DNA from: Myxococcota bacterium
GTDB lineage: Bacteria; Myxococcota_A; UBA796; UBA2385
DNA: 64,000 nt
Reading direction: 5' to 3'
Assembly (NCBI GenBank): GCA_044344255.1
Contig: JBIJDH010000015.1
Location: 64,001 to 128,000 of the forward strand
In this document: positions 30,869 through 39,312 of the stretch, piece after piece
Position numbering within the stretch: position 1 is the first letter of the stretch
How the letters are laid out: every line of letters begins with the position of its first letter
Translations under genes and position numbers: made by a program
The notes under the pieces: model-generated
Databases searched by the model: none
Told to the model about the DNA's origin: nothing
The model's input: the letters and a program-made list of their open reading frames with translations, nothing else

Positions 30869-31788
30869 GCGGCCTGTGGTCCCGCTGGCGGGCGCGCTGT
30901 GACCGCCAGGAGGACCCTACCCCCCTCGCCCTGGTGCGGATCCTCGCCTGCTCGGTGGTGGTGGTGGATCTCGTGCGCGCCGCCGCGCTCGGCCTCGTCC
31001 CGGTCTTCTGGCGCACCTACGAGGCGGGCGGCCTGTCGCGGATCACCGGCGGCCGCTCGGTGGTGGAGGACTGGTCCGCGGACTGGGGCGGGCCCGCGGT
31101 GTGGCTGATCACGCTCCTGTCGATGGCGCTCGGCGCCCTCGGTGTCGCCACCCGCCCGGCGCTCCTGGTGGGCCTCCTCGCGTATGCGCAGCTCGGGCAC
31201 CTCTATCCCCCCGGGGACCGTGCGATAGACCGCCTGCTGCGAACGGTGCTCCTTGTCCTCCTCTTCTCCGGCTCCCACCGCCGCCTGTCGTTGCAGGGCT
31301 GGCTCCAGCGGCGACCGCCGGCCGCGCAGATCGGGGGCTGGGCCTCTGACCTCCTCCGCTTCGAGCTCGTCCTGGTCTATCTCAGCGCCGGCTTCCTCAA
31401 GCTCGGGGCCGACATCGGCTGGCTCCTCCCGACAGAGTTCCCGCCGCTCTATCGCATCCTCGCCGATCCGATGGCCGGTCGCCTCGACCCAGTCGTTTGG
31501 GCCGACTGGACGCCCCTGTTCTATCTGGGCGGCGTGGTCACCATCCTCCTCGAGGTCTCAGCCCCGCTGCTGCTGACCCGCCTGGCGCCAGCCTGGGCGG
31601 TCGCCGGCCTCTTCATGCACCTCGGCATCGCCGCGGGGATGCACCTCGGCATGTTCTCTTGGGGGATCCTGTCCTTCTATCCGCTCTTCTTCGGGCCCTA
31701 CCTGCTCGGCCGTTGGAAGCTGCGCGCGGCGCCGGGTGGGGGAGGGGAGCCCGGCCGAGGGCCCGCGCAGGTTATGGACGGCGGATGA
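30865..31788 (+). CDS. HTTM-domain membrane protein (SdpB / vitamin K-dependent carboxylase-like TM domain)
   Basis: PLALVRI, G.D, VYLSAG.LK...W, T..LE and HLGI...M.LGMFS motifs. Confidence 0.8.
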   Translation: MSGLWSRWRARCDRQEDPTPLALVRILACSVVVVDLVRAAALGLVPVFWRTYEAGGLSRITGGRSVVEDWSADWGGPAVWLITLLSMALGALGVATRPALLVGLLAYAQLGHLYPPGDRAIDRLLRTVLLVLLFSGSHRRLSLQGWLQRRPPAAQIGGWASDLLRFELVLVYLSAGFLKLGADIGWLLPTEFPPLYRILADPMAGRLDPVVWADWTPLFYLGGVVTILLEVSAPLLLTRLAPAWAVAGLFMHLGIAAGMHLGMFSWGILSFYPLFFGPYLLGRWKLRAAPGGGGEPGRGPAQVMDGG

Positions 31789-32684
31789 TCCGATGGACCA
31801 CCTCGGGGGCCGTGCCGACCCCCACCACCGTGCAGATCCGCGTCCAACGCAGCTATCCGGGCCGGATCCGCGCCGGTGCGCCCGTGCCCACCCGGAGCAT
31901 GTCTCCCGAGGAGGTAGCGGCGAACATCCTTTACTTCACGGTGGGGCTGCGCACGCCCCGCACCACCCCGTGCACCGCCCTCGTGCTCTCGGGCGTCGGT
32001 GTTGCCGCGCGGCCCGACACCGCGGAGGCCGTGGCCCTGGCTCGCTCGGAGGGGGTGGAGCGGGTGATCCTCCACGTCGGCGTTGAAGACCTCGACGGCC
32101 TCGAGATCGCCCGCTTCGCGGACAAGGTGGACGTGCTCGTCGTCCCGGTGCAGCCGGGCGCGGGCGCCCTCGTGGCGGCCGGCCGCGCGATGGCGGAGGC
32201 GCGGGAGGCGGGCCTGCGGGTGGCCGCCAACACGACGCTGAGCGCCAACACCCTGAGCCAGCTCCCGGCCGCGGCGCGGGTGCTCGCCGCGGCGCGCCCC
32301 GCCGAGATCACCTTCACCTACCCCTTCCCGATCAACGGGGGAGACCTCGCGCTGGTGCCCACTCCGGCCCGCACGATGGTCGCCCTCCGCGAGGCCCTCC
32401 GCCTGCTCGACCAGGCGGGCCTCCCCGCCGGGATCAAGGGCCTCCCCGCCTGCCTCCTCGGCCCGGAGCAGCACCGCCTCCGCCGCACGGCGAACCGCTG
32501 GTACGTCGACGCCGACCACCAGCTCCAGGGGGCGCTGCTCTTCTTCCCCGACGTGGTCGCCTTCCACAAGGAGGAGCTCTGCCGCTTCTGCGCCGCCGAC
32601 GACCGCTGCGACGGCTTCTTCGCGAGCTACCTCCGGCGGCCGGGCTCGCCGCAGCTCGAGCCCATCGAGGAGCCGCAGGGATAG
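31785..32684 (+). CDS. Radical-SAM-like protein lacking the CxxxCxxC motif, retaining C-terminal cysteines
   Basis: ATGA-coupled. VQIRVQRSYPGR sits where CxxxCxxC is expected and LSGVGV replaces GGEP. V..NTTL, GLPACLL and CRFCAADDRCDGF are retained. Confidence 0.65.
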   Translation: MIRWTTSGAVPTPTTVQIRVQRSYPGRIRAGAPVPTRSMSPEEVAANILYFTVGLRTPRTTPCTALVLSGVGVAARPDTAEAVALARSEGVERVILHVGVEDLDGLEIARFADKVDVLVVPVQPGAGALVAAGRAMAEAREAGLRVAANTTLSANTLSQLPAAARVLAAARPAEITFTYPFPINGGDLALVPTPARTMVALREALRLLDQAGLPAGIKGLPACLLGPEQHRLRRTANRWYVDADHQLQGALLFFPDVVAFHKEELCRFCAADDRCDGFFASYLRRPGSPQLEPIEEPQG

Positions 32685-32685
32685 G
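32640..32685 (+). repeat. Left copy of a 46-bp imperfect direct repeat (3' end of the rSAM-like gene)
   Basis: ccgggctcgccgcagctcgagcccatcgaggagccgcagggatagg; 42/46 identical to 37763-37808. Confidence 0.95.
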
Positions 32686-32815
32686 GTGCTGCATCAAAGG
32701 GGCCGCTGGGAGTTCCGGCTCGGAGCGCGGAGGAGGCCGATCGCGGCGTCGTCCGGACGGCTCGTCGGCCGAGGATCCGGCTCGCTCCCGCTCGGTGGTC
32801 CGCGGTGATAACGGG

Positions 32816-34261
32816 ATGGCTCGGCGTTCGGGAGCTCCGGAGGCCCAGCCGAGGTCCAGCGTGAAGGCCTTCCGACTCCAGAACTTTCGCGGCTTCGAGG
32901 ACACCGGCTGGATCGAGCTCCTGCCCCTGACGTTGCTCGTCGGGCCGAACAGCACCGGGAAGAGCAGCCTCCTCCGCTTCCTGCCGCTGGTGCAGCAGAG
33001 CGTGCTGTACCCCACGGTGGGGCCCTTCTTGTGGAGCCGGGAGGGGGGCCTCGACTTTGGGACGCTCGCGACGGTGCGAAGGCGAACCACAAGTGAGCCC
33101 ATGACCGTGCATATGAAACTCGATGACTCTCCGGTCGCGCCCTTGGAGCTGTCAGTTCGAATTCCCTCCGAGGCTCCTCACAACGCTCCCGATCTGGTGG
33201 CCATTCGAGATAGGCTCTTCAACGTCGAGCTTGCTCTTGATAGTTCGGGAAAGGTCACTTCCTCGTCGAAGCTGATTGGGAAAAGTAGGCCTCTATCGTC
33301 GCTGAGTTTTGCCGAAGGCCCTGTGCCGAGCGAGTCCCTCGGAGAAGCCGGTCGGCAGATACGCTTTGGGAGAGCTTCTGTATTTATTGAGGCCATTCCA
33401 GTCACCGTCAAGTCGCTTTACGATGAGGAGGGAGAACTCCTACACTCACTGATCTGGAAATCGGCGGATGCTGCACGAGGCGTCCTGAGCGACAACAATC
33501 TTTACGCGCCAACGGACGATGAGTGGGCCATTCTCCAGGCACTCTGGTGGGCCAGAGGACTTGACCATCGACTGGGAGTGGCGCAGCGCTCTCTGCGAGA
33601 GTGGGGCAGCCGTGTCGCCTACCTCGGTCCCGCCCGCGAGAGCCCCCGGCGCTACTACCGACAGTGGGAAGACCCAGCCCGCCGCCTCGACCCGAGCGGA
33701 CGCAACCTGCCGCTCGTGTTCCTGGCCCTGCCCGAGGCCGATCGCGCCGCCTTCAACGAGCTCCTCGCCGAGCGCCTCGGCTTTCGGATGGAGGTGGAGG
33801 GCACTGGCGCGAACGTGGAGCTCGTGCTGGTCGACGGCGACGGCACTCGTTCCAACCTCATTGACCTCGGCTTCGGCTTCTCCCAGGTCCTCCCCATCTA
33901 CCTGCAGGCCTTCCTCGGTCGCCGCGCGGATCGAGAGGCTGGGCGGGATGTCTCGGTCTTCGCGGTGGAGCAGCCGGAGCTGCACCTTCACCCCCGCCAC
34001 CAGGCCCAGCTCGCCGACCTCTTCGGCTTCGTCACGGCGCCTGTCGAGGGCGGACCTCCGCCCTTCCCCTGCTTCGTGGAGACCCACAGCGAGGCGCTGA
34101 TCGACCGAATGGGCGAGCTCATCTCGGAGGGGAAGGTGCGTCGGGAGGATGTACAGGTGTTGCTCTTCGAGAAGAAGGGAGCTGACTGCACCGTCCGCCG
34201 CACCAATTACGACGCCGAGGGGGTGCTCACCGACTGGCCCCCGGGCTTCCTGGCCCGCTGA
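32816..34261 (+). CDS. ABC/AAA_21-type ATPase with DUF3696-like C-terminus
   Basis: LQNFRGF, Walker A GPNSTGKS, GFGFSQVLP, EQPELHLHP..Q, ETHSE and terminal WPPGF. Confidence 0.88.
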   Translation: MARRSGAPEAQPRSSVKAFRLQNFRGFEDTGWIELLPLTLLVGPNSTGKSSLLRFLPLVQQSVLYPTVGPFLWSREGGLDFGTLATVRRRTTSEPMTVHMKLDDSPVAPLELSVRIPSEAPHNAPDLVAIRDRLFNVELALDSSGKVTSSSKLIGKSRPLSSLSFAEGPVPSESLGEAGRQIRFGRASVFIEAIPVTVKSLYDEEGELLHSLIWKSADAARGVLSDNNLYAPTDDEWAILQALWWARGLDHRLGVAQRSLREWGSRVAYLGPARESPRRYYRQWEDPARRLDPSGRNLPLVFLALPEADRAAFNELLAERLGFRMEVEGTGANVELVLVDGDGTRSNLIDLGFGFSQVLPIYLQAFLGRRADREAGRDVSVFAVEQPELHLHPRHQAQLADLFGFVTAPVEGGPPPFPCFVETHSEALIDRMGELISEGKVRREDVQVLLFEKKGADCTVRRTNYDAEGVLTDWPPGFLAR

Positions 34262-34264
34262 GCC

Positions 34265-35245
34265 ATGCTCTACTGGCTTCATGAGGAGCTCGAGGAGGGC
34301 ATCCGCGCTCAGGAGCGGCACACGGTCGAGGCCCTCGGCGTGCTCCTCCGCCGGGCCGCGGAGGGCAAGCACCTCCTGCTCTGCGGTCGGCGGGTGCTCA
34401 CCGCGCTGGGGGACTGGGGAAAGCAGGCTCAGCTCGACTTCCGCTCCCGCGGGGCTCTGGAGGAGCTCGGGAAGCGGCTCAAGGACGCGCCCCCCCTCCT
34501 GAATGCAGCGACCGTGCGCGTCGATGTCGGGCCGGCCCGTTGGCCGCGTGGCTGGGCGGACCACGCGAAGTCGGTCTATCAGCTCCCCGTCACCGCCCTC
34601 GACGATATGGACGCCGCCGCCGCGACCACGCTGCTCACCGAGGGGCAGGCGGACGCGAATTTGTTCGAGCAGGCGGCGAGAGCGCTCTTCGCACACAAGG
34701 ATTACTCTTGCCCCCGCTACATTCAGCTCTGCATCCGTCCAGGCCTCGGGGGAGGAGGGCAAATCGGAGACGAGCTGGTGAGAATCTCCCGTCATGGCGC
34801 CCCTGTCCTCTGTGTCGTGGACGCTGACGTCTCCGCACCGGGTGAAGCACCCCGAGAGGGCCAGACAGCCTGGAAGGCGCTCGCCGCCTGTGTCAAGCTG
34901 AGGTCCCCTGCACATGTGGAGGTACTTGCGGCGCGAGAAGTTGAGAACCTGCGACCCTTGCCCCTTCTGCTTGCTGCATTCAGTCCGGTGGACCGAATGC
35001 TGGGCGCTCAATGGGAGGGGAGACAGCAGGAAGGCGCGTTTTTTCCGGATAAGCGGGGACGGTACGAGGAGCTCAAGGGCTCCCTGCCGACGGGGACCAC
35101 AGCCCGATGCGCCGGGCATCTCGCCGACCTCAACAGCCGTGACGCTGCGGGCTTGCTCTTCGCGGGTGGCGATGACACCTGGGCCTCCCTCGCCCGGCTG
35201 GTGCTGGACTGGGGCATCGGGGTCCGCCCAGTGCGATTGTCCTGA
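34265..35245 (+). CDS. TOPRIM-like protein (putative nuclease effector)
   Basis: Starts 3 nt after the ATPase stop; LLTEGQAD, GGGG, CVVDAD and REVENL give the EG..D / DxD / ExEN pattern. Confidence 0.6.
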   Translation: MLYWLHEELEEGIRAQERHTVEALGVLLRRAAEGKHLLLCGRRVLTALGDWGKQAQLDFRSRGALEELGKRLKDAPPLLNAATVRVDVGPARWPRGWADHAKSVYQLPVTALDDMDAAAATTLLTEGQADANLFEQAARALFAHKDYSCPRYIQLCIRPGLGGGGQIGDELVRISRHGAPVLCVVDADVSAPGEAPREGQTAWKALAACVKLRSPAHVEVLAAREVENLRPLPLLLAAFSPVDRMLGAQWEGRQQEGAFFPDKRGRYEELKGSLPTGTTARCAGHLADLNSRDAAGLLFAGGDDTWASLARLVLDWGIGVRPVRLS

Positions 35246-35345
35246 ACCTGAGGGCCTCCCGGGCCCTTGGCCCCTGGATCTGCTTCCGCCCCGGCAGCTC
35301 GCGCCCTCTTGGTGGTAACCTGCCGCCTTGAACCCGGACCTCCCC

Positions 35346-37688
35346 ATGCCCAGCCCGATGCCCCGACTCCAATTGCTGTGGGTGCTGTGCATCGCGGGGC
35401 TCCTCTCCGTAGGCTGCAAGGGCAAGGGCACCACGGAGGGCTCCTGCACGGCGGAGGAGCTCGACATGCTGCAGGAGACCTGCCTCTCTCACGGCGGGGA
35501 CTTCGAGGGGGCGTCGAGCTCGTCGAGCTTGGAGGAGTGTGGCACTGCGGTGGGGTGGACGGAGATCAGCGGCAGCTGCCGCCTGGATGGCGAGGGCTCT
35601 TGCTCGGTCGTGTGCAGCTTCCCGTCGGAGGCCGACAGCGGCGACAACGACGGAGACGGCTTCTCGCCAGAGGAGGGGGACTGCGACGATGAAGACCCCG
35701 AGATCAACCCTGCCGCGATCGAGGTCTGCAATGGGGTGGATGACAACTGCAACAACTTCACCGACGACGCCGATCCCAGCCTTGATCTGAGCACGACGAC
35801 CGCCTGGTACCCCGACAACGACGGAGATGCCTTCGGTCAGGTCGAGCCGGCGGCCTATCGCTGCGCAGGTCTTCAAGACGAGGCGTCGCTCTCGGGAGAC
35901 TGCGACGACGGAAACCCCGCCATCAACCCCGGGGCCGACGAGTATTGCGACGGACTCGACACAAACTGCAACGACATCGCCGATGATGAGGCCGTCGACG
36001 CGCCTCCCTGGTTCCCCGACGCCGATGGTGACGGGTACGGGGACCCCTCGCTCATGGTCGCCGAGTGCCATCGCCCGCCGGGGACCTACCTCGACAATGG
36101 TGAGGACTGCGACGACTCCGATGCCTCCATCTCCCCCGCAGCAGTCGAGCGCTGCAATGGCTGGGATGACGACTGCGACGGGGACATCGACGAGATTGGT
36201 GCGTCGGATGGCAGCGTCGTCTACGCAGACCTCGACGGCGATGGCCATGGGGACCCGGGTGCTGCCACCCTCGCCTGCGGGCCCACCGACGGCTACGAGG
36301 CCCTCGGCGATGACTGCGACGACGCGGATGCAGACGTACATCCCGAGCAGACCGAGCGGGCTGCGGATGGCCTCGACAACGACTGCAACGGCGAGATCGA
36401 CACGATCGATATGGGTGATGCCGGGGCGAAGGTGATTGGGGATGCCACCACCAGCAGCGACTATTACTTGGGATACTCCTGGTCCTCCTCCGTTGACGTC
36501 GACGGCGATGGCGACGATGATTTGGCCCTCGGCTCCTATTATGGAAGTTATGGGCGAATCGATCTGGTGGATGGATCCATTTCCGGAAGCGTCAGCGTGG
36601 CGACCGCCACAGCCAGTCTCATTGGCTCGGCGGCTGGAGTAGGTGTCGGCTCCAAGGCCTTCTCTGATGGCGCAGATGCAGACGGAGATGGTTTCGAGGA
36701 CGTTGCAGTCGGGTCCACTTTGTTTGACCATTCCGAGATTTACCTTCAGTTCGGACCTTTTTCAGGTGTGGAATCACTGTCCGAGGATTATGCTGCGCTG
36801 TTGTTTGAAGAGTTCGGTCTATCGGCCAGTCTGGCCGATGTCGATGGCGATACGCTGGCCGACGTGGTGGTTGGAGCCTGGGCTGACTGTCTCCCTGGGG
36901 GCACCCGGCCGGGAGGGGTTTTCGTCTTCGCCTCTCCTCCCTCGCAAAATTCGTCGCTGGCTGACGCGGAGTGGCAGTGGTGTGGCCCACACGACAACGG
37001 AGTCGCAGGAAATGCGGTAGAACCGCTCGACTACAACGGGGATGGTATCTCTGACCTTGTGATAGGTGCATACGAGGACGGCTTCGCGGGGAGCCACGCC
37101 GGAGCGGTCTATCTGGTGCCCGGGGGCGTGCCTCAGGGGAACTACTCTCTCGCTGACGCCGACGACGTCTACTACAGCGAAGCGGCGACAGGCGGCGGCG
37201 CCAATGCCAATCTCGGCCGCTCCGTGGCCAACGGTGGTGACACCAACGGCGATGGACTCGACGATGCAGTCGTTGGCTCCCCCGGTGACTCGGAAGGTGG
37301 TGGAAGCGCTGGCGCTGCCTGGATCCTCGATGGGAGCGTGAGTGGGCCTTCGCTGGCGGGTCTGCCTAAATGGATCGGAGTCATAGCCGACCAGGCGGGC
37401 ATCGTGGTGTCGGGTGTCGGTAATATTGACGGCGCCACGGGGTCGGAGATGCTGGTCGGAAACGCGGATGGCAAGACCTGGCTGGTCGCCAATCCGGGCT
37501 CGAGCACCAGTCTGTTGGAGGACGCTGCGCTCTTCGTCTCCGGCGGAACAGGAGGGGGCGCCTTTGGAGTGGGAGACCTTGACTCCGATGGACTTGGCGA
37601 CTTCCTGGTCACGGACTACTCCGACTCGGAAGGCGGCGCGCAGGCCGGTGCGGTCTTCCTGTTCTTCGGTGCGGACATCGCACCCTGA
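35346..37688 (+). CDS. Lipoprotein with four putative metal-binding (MopE-type) repeats and FG-GAP/integrin-like repeats
   Basis: Lipobox SVGC; 4 x D.DGDG...DCDD....I.P...E...G.D..C; repeated D.DGDG..D..VG units. Start uncertain (35328-35358). Confidence 0.85.
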   Translation: MPSPMPRLQLLWVLCIAGLLSVGCKGKGTTEGSCTAEELDMLQETCLSHGGDFEGASSSSSLEECGTAVGWTEISGSCRLDGEGSCSVVCSFPSEADSGDNDGDGFSPEEGDCDDEDPEINPAAIEVCNGVDDNCNNFTDDADPSLDLSTTTAWYPDNDGDAFGQVEPAAYRCAGLQDEASLSGDCDDGNPAINPGADEYCDGLDTNCNDIADDEAVDAPPWFPDADGDGYGDPSLMVAECHRPPGTYLDNGEDCDDSDASISPAAVERCNGWDDDCDGDIDEIGASDGSVVYADLDGDGHGDPGAATLACGPTDGYEALGDDCDDADADVHPEQTERAADGLDNDCNGEIDTIDMGDAGAKVIGDATTSSDYYLGYSWSSSVDVDGDGDDDLALGSYYGSYGRIDLVDGSISGSVSVATATASLIGSAAGVGVGSKAFSDGADADGDGFEDVAVGSTLFDHSEIYLQFGPFSGVESLSEDYAALLFEEFGLSASLADVDGDTLADVVVGAWADCLPGGTRPGGVFVFASPPSQNSSLADAEWQWCGPHDNGVAGNAVEPLDYNGDGISDLVIGAYEDGFAGSHAGAVYLVPGGVPQGNYSLADADDVYYSEAATGGGANANLGRSVANGGDTNGDGLDDAVVGSPGDSEGGGSAGAAWILDGSVSGPSLAGLPKWIGVIADQAGIVVSGVGNIDGATGSEMLVGNADGKTWLVANPGSSTSLLEDAALFVSGGTGGGAFGVGDLDSDGLGDFLVTDYSDSEGGAQAGAVFLFFGADIAP

Positions 37689-37762
37689 GCGGGTCTCCAA
37701 GACCTGGAGGCAGAGCGAGTCGCTCCATTCCCTGTGAGGTGCCCTGAGCGGCGAGGCCATCT

Positions 37763-37808
37763 CCGGGCTCCCCCCAGCTCGAGCCCATCGACGAGCCGCA
37801 GGGGTAGG
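37763..37808 (+). repeat. Right copy of the 46-bp imperfect direct repeat (displaced gene end)
   Basis: ccgggctcccccc-agctcgagcccatcgacgagccgcaggggtagg; encodes PGSPQLEPIDEPQG*. Confidence 0.95.
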
Positions 37809-37823
37809 CCGCCCGGTGGACCG

Positions 37824-38381
37824 TCAGCCGTGCCGGTACATGACGTCCGTGCGGAGCACATACTTCCTGCCCCGGGTGACCGCTGCACCCTCGTGCGGCA
37901 CCGCGTGCTTGAACAGGAGCACCTTTCCGGTCTCTGGCTTCACCTGGATGTTCGGGACGAAGTTTGTCTCTCCGCCCTCGAAGTCTTCGTTCAGGTAGAT
38001 CATGCAGGTCAACAGGCTCCGCTCCAGCGCGGAGCGGACGAAGGCGCCGTCGGAGTGGAAGGCGAAGCGCTCTCCCGGATCGTATCGATACCAGCGAAAG
38101 CGCTCGTTGAGCCCGACGGGGGTGAAGGCCCCGCCCTGAGGAGGGGTGACCGATTCGAGTCGGCCCCACAGGGCCGCGGCGAGGGCGGGGTTGTCCTCCA
38201 TCAGCCGCGTGTTGTTCCGGATGTCGGTCCGCATCACGGGCCCTCGCGCGGTGGTCACCGGGGCGGCGGTGAAGCCCCGGGACTCGGCGGACGCGATCGC
38301 GGTGGCGCAGTCGGCCGGAGAGAGGAAGGACGGGACCTCCCAGATGAGGCCGGCTTCGACCGTGTGGAGTTTTGGGGCCAT
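37824..38381 (-). CDS. 2OG-Fe(II) oxygenase (prolyl-4-hydroxylase-like)
   Basis: GLNERFR.YRY, HSD, YLNE..EGGET, HEG and KYVLRTDV motifs. Confidence 0.9.
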   Translation of the reverse strand: MAPKLHTVEAGLIWEVPSFLSPADCATAIASAESRGFTAAPVTTARGPVMRTDIRNNTRLMEDNPALAAALWGRLESVTPPQGGAFTPVGLNERFRWYRYDPGERFAFHSDGAFVRSALERSLLTCMIYLNEDFEGGETNFVPNIQVKPETGKVLLFKHAVPHEGAAVTRGRKYVLRTDVMYRHG

Positions 38382-38469
38382 CGCCGTGGGTCACTCCTCG
38401 ATCGGAGTCTGCCACAGGCGTGGCCGCGCGGGGGCGAGCGCCGCTCGGCGGCCTCGCCCCACCGCACCC

Positions 38470-39084
38470 TCAGGCCACGAGGTCGCCGTGGACGTGGGGC
38501 ATCACCATCGGCGTCGTCGGGTGCATGTCGGCGAGGCCGAGCACGTTGCGGGCGAGGGCGATCATCTCCGGGCTGCCATGGGCGAGCACGAGGTACTGGC
38601 CGGCGTTCACGGCGAGCTCGTACTGCACGACGCTGTCCTTCGGCAGGCCGATGCCGGTGAGGGCCGCGGTGAGCGCCCCGGTGGCGCCGCCGACCGCCGC
38701 GCCCTCGAGGGCGCCGAGGATCCAGCCGGCGAGGGGGCCCATCACGACGAGGGGGCCGATGGCGGGGATGAAGAAGAAGGCGCTGCCGAAGAGCACGCCC
38801 CAGAGCGATCCCCAGAACACACCCTGGCGGCCCCAGTAGCGGATGCGGTCGCCGGAGGTGTAGAAGCCGACGGCCTGCTCCTCGGTGTGGAAGTCCTTGC
38901 CGACGATCGACAGCTTCTTCATGTCGATGCCGGCCTTCTGGAGGGCGCGGATCGCGAGCTCGGCGGCCTCGTGGGTGGCGTAGGTGGCGACGACCGACTG
39001 GTCGCCGGTCACTCCCGCGCCGACGGAGAGGGGGACGGGCAGGGCGCCGAGGGGGAGGGGCGTGTGGGTGAGGGTCGGGTTCAT
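38470..39084 (-). CDS. General stress protein-like membrane protein (YflT/DUF1269-like)
   Basis: VA.Y.TH..AE.A...LQ..G.D...LSIVG; IP.IGPLVV.GP; GGAG RBS. Confidence 0.85.
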   Translation of the reverse strand: MNPTLTHTPLPLGALPVPLSVGAGVTGDQSVVATYATHEAAELAIRALQKAGIDMKKLSIVGKDFHTEEQAVGFYTSGDRIRYWGRQGVFWGSLWGVLFGSAFFFIPAIGPLVVMGPLAGWILGALEGAAVGGATGALTAALTGIGLPKDSVVQYELAVNAGQYLVLAHGSPEMIALARNVLGLADMHPTTPMVMPHVHGDLVA

Positions 39085-39117
39085 GAGTGCTCCAGTCGTG
39101 GGTCTGTCCCCGAACGG

Positions 39118-39133
39118 TGCAACAACCGCGCCG
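39118..39133 (-). promoter_or_regulatory. Putative sigma54 (-24/-12) promoter
   Basis: cGGCGCGgttgTTGCA (GG-N10-GC) about 35 nt upstream of the stress-protein ATG. Confidence 0.5.
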
Positions 39134-39312
39134 CTCGGCCGGGGGCCACCTCGGCGGGCAAGCATCGGCGAGAACGGCGCTTTCTTCCTACTCCAGCGAG
39201 TGAGCGTCGCCCCCGATTCACGGGAGTGGGCCCTGCGGAGCGACCATCACCTTGACGGTGGCCCCCCCTCACCCTGGGGGCGGCGCTGGGTCCGCCTCGA
39301 GGGTCGGCGCGT

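Larger units (their letters stand above)
32686..37808. mobile_element. Putative ~5.1-kb inserted island without an integrase
   Basis: Bounded by the 46-bp duplication; contains visibly lower-GC stretches and defence-like cargo. Confidence 0.65.
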
